A DNA stretch of 64,000 nucleotides, from assembly GCF_009914755.1 (NCBI RefSeq), contig NC_060925.1; one strand, 5' to 3'. Positions within the stretch are counted from its first letter, which is position 1, and each line of letters begins with the position of its first letter. This stretch comes from the human T2T-CHM13v2.0 reference genome, Homo sapiens. Positions 50,204 through 62,085 of the stretch are shown piece after piece. The position numbers and the translations under genes were made by a program. The notes under the pieces were generated by a model. It worked only from the letters and a program-made list of their open reading frames with translations. It did not search any database and was not told where the DNA came from.

Positions 50204-51104
50204 CTAAACCGGGAAACCATGAGAGAGAGGCCCATAGAAAAAGACCAAGACGGCAACAGAGACACAGAGAGAAGGCAGGAAGACAAAGGCAAGGAGAGAC
50301 ATGGAAGAGAAGATTCAGATACTCGCTGTAGTCAGCCGGGTTTACTAGGACGTGGGTCTGAGGGTTACAGCAGGGGCTGTTCGGTAGCATGAAGACTTTG
50401 ATGCCAAAGTCTTGGCTGGTGTGGTCACCATGGGGGCAGAGGCAGGGGGTGGCCTAGTCCTGAGCTAGGGACTAAGCTGGAAATCTAAGAAAATGTTTTG
50501 ATTCCTTCACTACCTAGAGAAAATCAATTTCACATATCCCTCCTCCCTCGAGAATGGAGGACCTAGGAGGAATGGGGCACAAATGTTCGGGATAGAGAGT
50601 GAGTTTCCAGGAACAAACAACCTCACATCTGTGTGGCACATAGACACTTTCCATGGTAGCTCATTTGAGCTTCTCAAAGCATCAAGGCAGGCAATATGAG
50701 TGCCAGTTGAGGAAACCGAGGCTCAGAGATTGCAAAAGGTCACACAACTGTATGTGGCAGAGCTGGGTCTCCAACTAGAGCTCTGACTCTAGGCACAAGG
50801 CTCTTCCAGCTGCACCCAGCCTCCTTGGGGGCTCCTGAGCACTGCTGGAGCCAGGCATGGGGGGCACCATTGGTGCCCCAGGCTCTGCCTGTAGCCCCCT
50901 ACCCCAGCAAGCCCCTCCTAGTGCAAGCCGCGGTCAGGCTGAAAACCAGCTCAGGGCTGGGCATGAGGAGACCTCAGTCTTCCACCCACAGCAGCTGGGA
51001 ATCTCTTCCTGGGACCTGACCTAAAGTCTACCTGCTGCAGTGGACACCTCATTCCTCAGGGCTATACTAGGATCTCCTGGCAACCCCTGCTGCTCCCTAC
51101 CTAC

Positions 51105-51215
51105 CTTCTGGATGTAACCCCCAAAATGCATCATGTTGGACAAAGCCTTCTTCTTCCGGGCCTCATCCTCAGCCTTCCTCCTGTTCTCCTCCTCCTCTCG
51201 TCGAGCCCTCTCTTC
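51105..51215 (-). CDS. TNNT2: TNNT2 exon 12 (111 nt)
   Basis: aatcag|GAAGAG...CAGAAG|gtaggt; [14 protein letters not shown]...HFGGYIQK. Confidence 0.97.
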
Positions 51216-51686
51216 CTGATTTACAGCAGGGAGGAAGAAAGCAAATTAGGGGAAAGGATTGGAAACCCTGATTCTGGGCTGAAGCTTGTGGTCTTTATGG
51301 GTGAGTTCAGCTTTCTCTCCGCTCAGCAAGGAGCTTTCTGAGAGGGTAGCTCCCAGCACAGTGCTGGCCCACAGGAGTCCACTGACTGAGAAATGACTGC
51401 GTGATTGAATGAGGTCCTGATTCCCAAATGTGAGGTCTCGTCATCCCCTTAAGCTGGGAGTGCCCCTGGAAGACCTGTTGCTCTGGAAATGCCTTCAGCA
51501 GCTGCACAGGAAGAGAGCTACGGGGCCTTCGGTTCCCACGAAGTCTGCACTGGGGAAGGGATGAGGGCTGGAGAGTCTTATAAAATAACACGTTCATAAG
51601 GACGCAGGCATTTCTGTCTTGTTTGCTGATGTATTATCAGAGCCAAGACAATGCCCAGCACTTCCTAGGTTGATATTGATATTGTC

Positions 51687-51992
51687 TCTTTTTTTTCCTT
51701 TTTTTTTTTTTTTGAGTTGGAATTTCACTCTTGTTGCCCAGGCTAGAGTGCAATGGCATGACCTCGGCTCACTGCAACCTCGCCTCCTGGGTTCAAGCGA
51801 TTCTCCTGCCTCAGCCTCCTGAGTAGCTAGGATGACCGGCATGTGCCACCACGCCTGGCTAATTTTGTATTTTTAGTAGAGACAGGGTTTCTCCGTTGGT
51901 CAGGATGGTCTCGAACTCCCAACCTCAAGTGATCTACCCGCCTTGGCCTCCCAAAGTGCTGGGATTACAGGCGTGAGCCACCGCACCCGGCC
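51687..51992 (-). mobile_element. Alu (AluSp/Sq-like) in TNNT2 intron 11
   Basis: Full Alu; TSD atattgtctctt. Confidence 0.95.
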
Positions 51993-52106
51993 AATATTGT
52001 CTCTTGACTGATTTCATTCATGTTGATGAATAGAGAGGGGCCTGGGGGCCCAGCAGGAGCTGGGAGCATGGGGGGCCTCCATGGGCCTGGGCTAGGGGTC
52101 ACTCAC

Positions 52107-52184
52107 AGCCAGGCGGTTCTGCCGCTCCTTCTCCCGCTCATTCCGGATGCGCTGCTGCTCGGCCCGCTCTGCCCGACGTCTCTC
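52107..52184 (-). CDS. TNNT2: TNNT2 exon 11 (78 nt)
   Basis: ccttag|GAGAGA...CTGGCT|gtgagt; ERRRAERAEQQRIRNEREKERQNRLA. Confidence 0.97.
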
Positions 52185-52936
52185 CTAAGGAGAAGAGGCA
52201 AAGCCCACCCAGGTGTGCATAGGGAGAAGGTGACATCGCAGGTACAGAAACCTGCATGGGGTGGCAAGGGAATTCCTGGGGGAGGGTTCCTTCCAGAGTC
52301 TTGAAGCAATGGTGCCCGGCCTCCAAGGGCCTCCACTTTCAACCAGCTCCACGGACGTGCACACCAGGGTACCTGCAGTGACCTACCTCCAACATTCCTC
52401 ATGGTGAGACTGCCCTCCACAACTGGGAGACATCAGGCAGGCTCCTTCTGGGCTCTGCCCCCACCTCCATCCCACCCTGCCCTGGCAGCTGCTCTGTGCC
52501 ATATGCTTGGATAGATGGCCAAGTCATTGCTCCAGCCAGAGCAGCATGTCTGTGGGAAGGCAAGTTTGATGGGGAGAAACAAAAGCAATCAAAGCAGCCT
52601 CCACGCTCTGCAGGAGAAGGATGTGGGATTCTGCAGGTCACACTCCCCTTCATCTGCGGGGGAAGAGGAGGCAAGGGCAGGGGTGGCGCAGCAGGCCTGT
52701 GACCAATCAGTCCACAGCCCGGGCCTGAATTAGGCCCTGGGGGAGGCCTGAAACAGATCAGACTCAGCTCTGGCAGTCAAGGAGCATCCAGTAGGATGGG
52801 GAGGGAAGGCAGGGACCCGAGAAACCAGTCAGGGCTGCAGGAGCTGTGCAGAATGCTGGAGGGCCTCTGAAGGAGACCTCACACCTAGCTGGGTTTGAGG
52901 CGCCGAGGAAGGCTGTCTGGAGGAGGTGGGGCCTCA

Positions 52937-53137
<201 letters not shown>

Positions 53138-53322
53138 TCAGAGGCTGCCACTCCAAAGAGTCCAGAGGAGAGATGGGTGGGCTAGACACCCCCCAACGCA
53201 GTGCAAAAGACCTCTGGCAGGGCCTGGCGCCTGGCCAGGGAAGGGGTAACTGTGGCCTGAACCCAGGACCACGCTCATGGATGGGCACCCAGCCTGGCTG
53301 GTGCTGCACCCCATCCCACCTA

Positions 53323-53565
<243 letters not shown>

Positions 53566-54645
53566 CTAGAGAATCTTCCAGCACTGCCCCGACCAACCAC
53601 AGCAATGATAGTAACACTGACGTCAACAATGGCAGTCCTCAGCCTTGCTCAGCACCTGGGAATACACAAAGCTCTTTCACATATGCTATTTCACTTCATG
53701 CTCATGATATGCCCATGAAGTGGGTACCGTTAATCTCACTTAGGAGAACTGAGGCTCAGGGAGGTAGAATGACTTGCTCAAAGCCACACAACTTGGAATC
53801 AAAGAAGCTGTGACAAGATGCCATGCTTCTTGGACTTCAAATCCCCTGGTGGACCCCGCAGAAACTGGCCATGAACTTGGGAGTCTTGCAGTTTGGTCCT
53901 GGTCCCAACACATACTGAGACCCAGGGGGTTCTCTGATTCTTCATGTCCCCATCTGCCCTCAGGTGTGTGGAGCTGAAATGAGATACCGCAGTGCACAAG
54001 AGGCCAGGAAGGGGGAAGGCACTGGGCAAATAAATGGATCTGGGATGTCTTGGGCTGGTTTCAGAAGGCCCCACTGAAATGGGAAGAGCCTGTGAGTGGG
54101 CAGAGGTGCCATGGGTCAACCTCTGCTGGCAGGGTTGGCATCATAAAAAGGGAAATGCTCCCTATCCCCCAGCCCCCCCAGCACACACCACCTTCAGGTG
54201 GGCTTCACGTGTGTGGCACCAAGCCGTCCTGCCCTCTCTCAGCTCTCTGAAGCCGCCATGCCTATGCTGGCACGGTTTCATTGTTTGGCTCCCCACAATT
54301 TGCTTCCCTTAATCCCAAGGTCCCACCTCGGCCATGGAGGAGGGTGTTCTGGCCATACTGTGAGAGAGGAGAGTGTCCGTTCAGGGCCCTTCCTCTAGAA
54401 GAACATAGCCCCATCCCTGCTAGGGTGCACGATTGGTGATGGAGTGTTGGGTGGAATTCAGCCCTCACTCACTCCCTTAGGAAGAGACGCTTGTGCAGTA
54501 CACAACTTGTACAACTGTACTGTGGTGCTCTGTGCCCACCAAACCCCCAGCCCGTGTCCACTGCACCATACTGCACCCTGTTCCATCATCATCCTCTCTC
54601 CCTGAGCCTCTGCTCCCGGCTCTACCCAGGTGCCTCCCCACTCAC

Positions 54646-54679
54646 CTGGGCTTTGGTTTGGACTCCTCCATTGGGCCAT
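54646..54679 (-). CDS. TNNT2: TNNT2 exon 8 (34 nt)
   Basis: ctccag|ATGGCC...CCCAG|gtgagt; DGPMEESKPKPR. Confidence 0.96.
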
Positions 54680-55578
54680 CTGGAGGAGATAGAAGCACAC
54701 AGCCATGGGTCAGGGGGCCCCAGAAGTGGTCCCAACTCCGCCCTCGATGAGCTAGATCCCTGTGGATTTCCATTTCCCCATCTGCACAGTGAGTCCCTCC
54801 CGGCACTGGGGAGCCCTGATTCCAGAAGCATCCAGGAGAATGAAGGCAGCGGGGGCTGCAGATGCCACACTCCCCCTCCCATAGAGTTCTGCAGGGCACA
54901 CACTCACGCAGTGTGGAACTTCACACAAAGCCTTCTCTCACTCACCAGTTCTGGGCAAAGCAATTTTGCTTCTCTTGTGCTTCACAGTGACAAGGCCTTT
55001 GGAAAGGTCCCCAAGGGTCCTGGCCCTAGAATCCCCTCCCAGGTCTTTGCCTTCTTTGTTACCCCCTGGACTTCCCGGTGGCCACAGGGCAGAAGCTGAT
55101 GACATGATTCCAAGCCCCAGCTGGTTGTCCCCTCCCCTTTGGAGAAGTGACTGGGACCACTTAGAACCCTGGTGAAGGCTGCAGCATGACGATGACTGCA
55201 GCAATGACCCACCATGACCATCTATGCATTGGGATTTCATCCTACGGACACCACATCCTACAAGTGATTTCACCTAAGCTCTAGGAGCTTCATGTGTGGA
55301 TATGACTTCTGGGTCCCATTGCTCTGTCCAGACCAGGGGGCTGGACAATGGTCCCCTCTCCCACTGGGTGCCACCAATGCAACTTCTCTGGGAGAAGGGG
55401 CAAAGTTGAAAGCTCAACATCTAAAACTTTGGAAGTGCCACCAAGTTCTGTCCTCTCCTCTCCCAAACCCTCTCAGTGCACATCCACTTCCCTGGAAAGA
55501 GCACTGTGGGCATTCTCCTCCAAAGCTGCTGTGAGGGGTTCCTTTGCCTCCCTTGTACCTCTCTCCTGATATCCTTAC

Positions 55579-55614
55579 CTTCAGCCTCCTTTGCTTCCTC
55601 TTCTTCTTCATCTT
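55579..55614 (-). CDS. TNNT2: TNNT2 exon 7 (36 nt)
   Basis: atttag|AAGATG...CTGAAG|gtaagg; EDEEEEEAKEAE. Confidence 0.96.
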
Positions 55615-55969
55615 CTAAATGAAACACGAGAAATCAATCAAGGTCCTTGTTCTGAGCTCAAGTCCCCCCCTCCGCCACCAGCAAGAGCCTTCCCCACAGA
55701 TAAGCCCTAGCCAAGATGCACTCTGTTGGTTTTTGGGGTTACAGAGCTGTCTCTCACACACACATTCCCCTGGACCCAAGACTGCCTGACACAAGAGAAG
55801 CGCTGGGTCAACGTTTGTTGATTGGGCAATCAATGGTTGAATCTTAGTCGATAGGAGAGTCAGGTGCACATGGGAAAGCCTGTTCTGGGGGGTTTCTTAC
55901 TGCCTCAGGAATGGCTCCAGGGGCTCTCGCCACCCCCTGAGGCCCCTGCACCCTCAACCAGAGACTTAC

Positions 55970-56035
55970 CTTCTGCCCTGGTCTCCTCGGTCTCAGCCTC
56001 TGCTTCAGCATCCTCTTCCGCTGCCTCCTCCTGCT
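55970..56035 (-). CDS. TNNT2: TNNT2 exon 6 (66 nt)
   Basis: ctccag|AGCAGG...GCAGAAG|gtaagt; EQEEAAEEDAEAEAETEETRAE. Confidence 0.96.
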
Positions 56036-57574
56036 CTGGAGAAGTGAAGCAGACAGAGTGAAGAAGCAGGCCCCACTCATGCTATCAGGCAGAACCCAGA
56101 GCAGAGAATGGGCAGCGGGGAGTGGGGATGGGGGTCAAGACGTCTAGGTCCAGATGAATTTGGGGGCAACCAACGTGCTGGGGGGCTGCCATTCTTGGTT
56201 TTGACTGTCGGCTACCTCCCGCCACCCAGCTTAGCCCCACTCATCCCGGCAACCTCCCTGATGATGGGACTCCACCTCATTCCCCAACTTTCCAGCCCAG
56301 AAGTTCCACCCCGTGTCTGGCACCACAGAACATGCTCTGCTTAAGCCGAGGTGTCCAGAAGCTCCTGTCCTGAACCTAGTGACTCTAGACACCCTCAATC
56401 CACATCTCAAAGAAACCAAAAGAGTACGACTGTGTGGCTGGATGGCACACTCAATATCTGGATCTTCGTACTATCCAGAAAGTGGGCAGGATTTTTCTAT
56501 TTTCATCTATTTGTTTGGCAGGATGTGGCCCCCATCTCACTCAGGCACTTGGTGTAGACAGACAGACAAACAGATAAGGGAGACAGGATGCCGCCTGGCC
56601 TGGGCTGTGCCTGTAGGAAGTGTTCTGTGATGCCTGTTCACTGATGCACTGGGAAGTGGGTGCCTCTTGGCAGAGGGAGAAGAAAAACCTCAGACAGGAG
56701 GAAGACACCATCGTGGGAGAAGGGTTGGCCTTCATTCCCTCTGTCCTCCCTTCCCAGGTCTGAGTCCTCTCTGAAGCCTGGAGATGCCTTTTATTTGATC
56801 CCTGCAGGAGTCTTACCTCAAAATGATCCTTCTAGAAAGTGTGAAAGCAGAGGGCTAGCGAGGAAGGACATGGCCATTGTGGGGTCTACCTTTAGGCCAT
56901 CTTGTTCACACCTCTGCCACCTCATCTGACGTGTCATTTCTCTATATAATATACCCCAGCCCACCCAGTGGCCATGCAACATCCCAAGGATGGGGAGCTT
57001 ACTGCCTCCCCAACCCACCTACTGCATCTTGAGATATAGCTGTCAGAACGCACTTTCTAAAATTAAGCCCTGGTCTCACTCCCTTGCCTTGGTCCTGTGC
57101 TCCCCATCAGCAGGGCGCATCTGAAGGCTGACGTCATGTCCTTCCTGCTCTGGCTATTTCCAGTCTCCCTGGCTGCTCTCCAGAGGACTCTGTCCCCAGA
57201 CCCCCCAACCAACACCTGGCCACCCTGCTTGGTGCTGTCCAGCTCCTAAGGAGGGCCCAGCATGGAACACTGGGGTGTGCGCGGGGGCAGGGTGGCGCTG
57301 CTGTCTTCCAGGTGCCAGGTCCCCTCTATGGCCACATTTGGAGCAGCTTGGGAGACCAGCTAGCCTTGGTCCCTCCCACCACCCAACCCAGGGGAAGGAT
57401 CCAGGAACCAGGAAGAGGAGCCAGTGGCCCTGAAGTTCAGGCATGATGATCAGCTTGGAACTGTGATCCTGGCCCCTGGGAGGCAGGGGAGGAAACGACT
57501 GACCCACTCCGTCCCTGCCGCCTACTCACACCCCCCAGCCCCCAGAACAGGGCCCCTGGACAAGGAGGCTGCAC

Positions 57575-57623
57575 TTGGGACAGCAGGCAGCAGAAAGCAC
57601 CACAGAAGGAAAGGCTGTACTAC
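57575..57623 (-). promoter_or_regulatory. TNNT2: TNNT2 intron 5 CUG/UG-rich CELF-responsive element
   Basis: Sense gtagtacagcctttccttCTGTGgtgcttTCTGCTGcCTGCTGtcc immediately downstream of exon 5. Confidence 0.75.
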
Positions 57624-57653
57624 CGTCTTCGTCCTCTCTCCAGTCCTCCTCTT
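57624..57653 (-). CDS. TNNT2: TNNT2 exon 5 (30 nt, fetal alternative exon)
   Basis: cctcag|AAGAGGAGGACTGGAGAGAGGACGAAGACG|gtagta; EEEDWREDED; weak donor. Confidence 0.95.
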
Positions 57654-57705
57654 CTGAGGTTCAGGGAGTGGCCGCAGCGGAGGGGAAAAGCGAGACAGGT
57701 TAGTC
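57654..57705 (-). promoter_or_regulatory. TNNT2: TNNT2 intron 4 3' end: branch point plus MBNL1-binding stem-loop
   Basis: Sense sequence GACTAACCTGTCTCGCTTTTCCCCTCCGCTGCGGCCACTCCCTGAACCTCAG: CTAAC branch point at about -47 and two YGCY (CGCT) motifs flanking the pyrimidine tract; matches the characterised cTNT MBNL1 site. Confidence 0.88.
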
Positions 57706-57742
57706 TGGGAGCAGAGAGCCCGCAGCAGGAGCAGCCACCCAG

Positions 57743-57965
57743 CGCAGTGGTTTTAAGAGTGTGGGCTTTGGAGTTAGGCCGGCATTCCAATTCCCAAGCC
57801 ACTACTTTCCAGCAACAGGGGCAACTCTCAGTTACTTCCCTGAGCCTCAGGTGCCTCATCAGTAAAATGGGAATCATTCTACTCACTTCTCAGCCGTGGT
57901 GAGGACTGAATGACCTAGCGTGCATAGAGCGCCCAGCAGGTGCCTGGCACAAGAGGAGCATGCGA
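57743..57965 (+). mobile_element. MIR in TNNT2 intron 4, adjacent to the exon 5 branch point
   Basis: cagtggttttaagagtgtgggctttggagttag...ctgagcctcaggtgcctcatcagtaaaatggg. Confidence 0.8.
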
Positions 57966-59249
57966 TCTGTGGTAACTGCAATGCCTCTAGACGACAGAGC
58001 CTTGGCCTCCTTCTTACTAAGACAGAGGCCCCTAAAGAGCAGAGAGTGGGGGACAATTCTCTTCCATCAAATTTCCTGCCCTCAACGAGCCTGCCCATGT
58101 TCCTGCTCTGAATGAGGCTCTTGGGTATCCTGCAAACTATGTCCAGTTTCCAGGAGTCACACTTTAGAAAGCCTCATTGGAGAGCCTGGCCCCAGGGGAG
58201 ATTTGCCCGGCCTGTTGGGAGGATGCTGCCCCATCTAAGAAGGGTCCAGCATTATAAATCTAAGGAAAGAGGCTGCATCTACAACAGTTGTTCTACGTAC
58301 AAATATCTGCCCAAAAAAACAGTTCCAGCAAGTGGAACAATTCCTCTCCTGGAAGAAGGACACCTGGCATTATCTATCCTGCAGGCTTAGTGGACACCCA
58401 TCTAGACGTTGCTCTCTCTTGATCATTTGCAGCCAGATCCTCAACTGTGTGGGAGGCAAGTCTCGTCTATTCATGGCAAGCAAGGCAGATGCTACACGGC
58501 TCAGGCCCCAGCACAGTGGAGAATGACTCTGCTAACTCACAGCCAAATTCTACTGTGTGTGGCAGGCAGATTGGTCCCAAATCCAGAGATCTATGTCTCA
58601 AACTCCACCACCCTAAACCTGTTATAAGGAAGTGGAAAATCCTCCAAAACAAAGGAAGGGATATCATATCAAGAGTCTGTTCAGGGAACACAGCAGAATT
58701 TGGAGCCAGTTAGATTTTTTATTCAAAAATATATTTCTGATAGCTTCTGAAGTATCTGGTGTTCCTTAAAAACCAAAAAAGACGCCTGTGGCCTCTTTCA
58801 GTTTCTCCTGTGAATTTCTCTTCTGTCTCCTCTTTGGCCAGACAGCCCTGGAACAGCCCTAAATGTGCAGGAGGGTCCCCATTTTCCCTAGGAGCCATGG
58901 GGAGCAAGGGCGGGGCCACCTGGGCTCCCCCCTTGGACCTTCATAGAGACCCTTCTCCTAATATCTACATGCCACATGCTGAAGTGATACCTGAGCCACT
59001 AAAAGGCAGGGTCCACCTGCCTGGGGTGCAGGGGGAGGACTGGAGTGAAGCCTCTGAGTCATTTCCATGTGCCAAGCTCTCAGGAAGAAGGGAAGGTGAG
59101 GGCGTTCTTTCAGGGAGATGTGGGACCCACAGCTGAGGAGGGCGATGGGTTAACCGATCAGCATAGGAGCAGCAAGAGGGGCCTCTGCAAGCTCAGAATC
59201 ATGACAAATCTTCATGCCGAGATAAGACGTCTCAGATCACTGAGCAATT

Positions 59250-59590
59250 TCATACTCACAATCGCATTTGAGAAATTACTAAATGGAATCTTTTGGGGCA
59301 TATCATGGCATTGTGGTTATGGTTTTTAAGTAGTGCTTATCTCTTAGAGATACGGTGTAGCGAAATCTTGAAGCGTGAACTGACATGGTGCCTGGGAACA
59401 ATTTTGGATGTCTGCTCCAAAATAACTGGTGGAAGGTGGAGTATAGAGGAAAGAAGACTGGCCCTAAGATGATGATTGTTGAAGCTGGTAATGGGTACCT
59501 TGGGCAGGGGGGGCCATTATTATTATTATTGCTACCTTTATGTGCATTTAAAATTTCCCATGATAAAAGGGAGAAGAAGCAAAAAAAATT
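59250..59590 (+). mobile_element. Ancient L1 3' fragment
   Basis: atggcattgtggttatg...cttatctcttagagatac...gattgttgaagctggtaatgggtac. Confidence 0.7.
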
Positions 59591-59834
59591 GGGAAAAGTG
59601 ATCAGTGTGTTTGAAGCAAATGGCAGACAGAAGAGACAGGTTTAAATCGTTTGCCTCAAGACCCGAGCAACCCAGGTAGGACTGATTCCCATTTTAGAAG
59701 GCACTGTTGTTGGAGGATCTTGCTCAGCTGAGAGTGAGGAGCAGGGACAGATGAGCTGCTTTCCCAGGGCTCCCAGGATTTCCACATTGCTGAGCCTGCC
59801 CCTTTCTGGCTCTCCACCTGCCTGAGGCACATAC

Positions 59835-59849
59835 CTTCAACAGCTGCTT
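59835..59849 (-). CDS. TNNT2: TNNT2 micro-exon 4 (15 nt)
   Basis: gagcag|AAGCAGCTGTTGAAG|gtatgt; EAAVE. Confidence 0.93.
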
Positions 59850-59952
59850 CTGCTCAGAAGAGAAGTCCAGGCAGCAAGAGAAGAGAGAAGAGGTGGGTCA
59901 GTTTCGAACCAGGCTGTCTTTGATCCAAATGAGTACACACGTTTACGCTTAC

Positions 59953-59963
59953 CTTCCTGCTCC
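59953..59963 (-). CDS. TNNT2: TNNT2 micro-exon 3 (11 nt)
   Basis: ctctcag|GGAGCAGGAAG|gtaagc; EEQE; required to keep the frame. Confidence 0.93.
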
Positions 59964-61021
59964 CTGAGAGCAACAGGAAACACTGTCAGTAGCTCGCACA
60001 CAAGCACATGCAAACACACACGCCTGCACACACATGCACACACTGGCCTTTCCCCAAAGATAATCCCCCTTTCTTTTCCCTTGTTGCCTAGTGGAGTCCA
60101 CGCTGCCCTGCCCACCTTGCAATGACACCCACTAGCCTGGCCTGCCGTTCTCATGCAGGGCTGCCTCCTACCATCCTCCGCAAGCCTCCGCCCCAGCCAG
60201 CTTGGTCTCACCAGCGTTCTGCTCACTTACTCTTTCCATCTTTGCCCAAGCTGTACCCCTTTCTAGAAAGTCCTGCCCTCTCCCAAATCTCTTATCTTTC
60301 CAAATTCTACACAGGTAAGACCTGCCTTCTCCACACAGCCCCCTGACTATTCCAGCCCCTGATCTCCCTCTCCTCAGAACTCCTACACTACCAACAGCCC
60401 GCCCTCCACACCAGGCCCCCAGTTGCTAATTTCTTCTCCCAGTTTATGTCTTAACATCTCAACAAGAGTAAGTTCTGTGAGGGCAGTAGCCGTGCCTATA
60501 CCTCTGTCTCCTCCCTGGTGACCACTATCCTCTGTAGTTATTGGATTGGCTGTGTCCCACCCCCTGGTTTCCCTCTGGGATAGGACTGTGGGCAGGGCAC
60601 TGTCATGAGAGAGTAGGGATCCAAGACAGGGTGATAACACTGGGTTCTGAGCTGGGGTTTGGGGGGCATAATCAGCTCTGTGCCTCTGGAGAGTCACTGA
60701 ACCTTCCTCAGTCAGTTTCAGGAGACCCAACATCTCAGCTTCTCTGTTCATGGCCCCTAGCCAAGACTGGCCAAGGACACTGATGACCCTGGAGCTGAAC
60801 CTCTGTGCTTCCCGAAGTCTCTCGGCCTGTGCTCTGCCTGGGATCTACAACCCAGGGGTACAGGAGTGGAAAGGAAATGGCTATATCTCTCCTCGGGGTG
60901 CCCAAAACACACACAGCTACTTCTACCCAGAATCCGAGGGACAGCTGGGAGGCTCCTGGACCAGGTGTCAGGGCAGCGGCGGGAGAGGACCCCACTCAGG
61001 CAAGATGCTCCAGATACTCAC

Positions 61022-61062
61022 TCCTCCTCGTACTCTTCCACCACCTCTTCTATGTCAGACAT
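61022..61062 (-). CDS. TNNT2: TNNT2 exon 2 coding part (exon 61022-61076 including 14 nt of 5'UTR)
   Basis: ttttggag|ggagagcagagaccATGTCTGACATAGAAGAG...GAGGA|gtgagt; Kozak A at -3; MSDIEEVVEEYEE. Confidence 0.97.
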
Positions 61063-61449
61063 GGTCTCTGCTCTCCCTCCAAAAGGAGAAAAAAGTCAGT
61101 GCAGGTACAAAGGGAAGCCTGCCTTCCTCAGAAGAGCTCTGGCCCCCGTTGTACAGAGATCAGCGAGGCCTAGGGTGAATCTAGTTCCACCCCTCATGAG
61201 CTGTGTGACCTGCAACAAAAAGCCTGTTTTCTCCCCTGCTGGGGGAGATAGTGACACCCACATGGCAGCAAGGCCACCTGCTGATGTCCACTTCGTTCCT
61301 TGCCCCTGAACAGGCAATACTGCCTGGGATGCTGCATTTCCATTTGTGACACTCAAGACAATGTCTGCAGTTTCTCAACCTTTCCATCCACTCTGCCCAC
61401 CCCCACTCCACAGGATCTGTTCAGCACTGTACAAATCTTCACTGCACAA

Positions 61450-61675
61450 AGCCTCACTGCAGCCTCAACCTTCTGGGCTCAAGCGATTCTCCCACCTCAG
61501 CCTCCTGAGTTGCTGGGACTATAGTTGTGCACCACCATGCCCGACTAATTTTTGTATTTTTAGTAAAGCTGGGATTTTGCCACATTGCCCAGGCTGTTTC
61601 GAACTCCCAGGCTCAAGGGATCCTCCTGCCTCAGCCTCTCGAAGTGCTGAGATTACAGGCGTGAGCCACCACACC
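61450..61675 (-). mobile_element. AluJ, truncated
   Basis: ctcactgcagcctcaaccttctgggctcaagcg...gattacaggcgtgagccacc. Confidence 0.9.
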
Positions 61676-61789
61676 CATTCCATGTGTGCTGGACAAAAGT
61701 GAGACCTGGACAAAAGGTCTTTGGGCACCCCAAGAGACTGGCCTGGACAAATGAGTGAGAACTTGTCTCTAAATAAATAAATCAAAGCA

Positions 61790-62085
61790 CACAGGGGGGA
61801 TCCTTGTGGTTTGGGATCTTTTCAGTATGTAGACTGTGGTGATGGATACGTGAACCTCCACAGGTTAAAGTTGTTTAGAGTTTCACATACACATGGTGCA
61901 ATTGTGGGCAAATCTGAATAAGATCATAGATTGATTGTATTGATGTCCAATCTTGGTTTTGATATAGTACTAATTTTGCAAATGTTGCCCTCGGGAGAAA
62001 CTAGGCACCGTGTGTAAACGCTCGTTATTAAAGACAACTGTGTACTAGTCTTTAATTATGTCAATGAAAATTCCGATTAAAAAAA
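61790..62085 (+). mobile_element. Ancient L1 3' fragment
   Basis: gactgtggtgatggatacgtgaacct...gcaaatctgaataagat...ttttgcaaatgttgcc. Confidence 0.7.
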
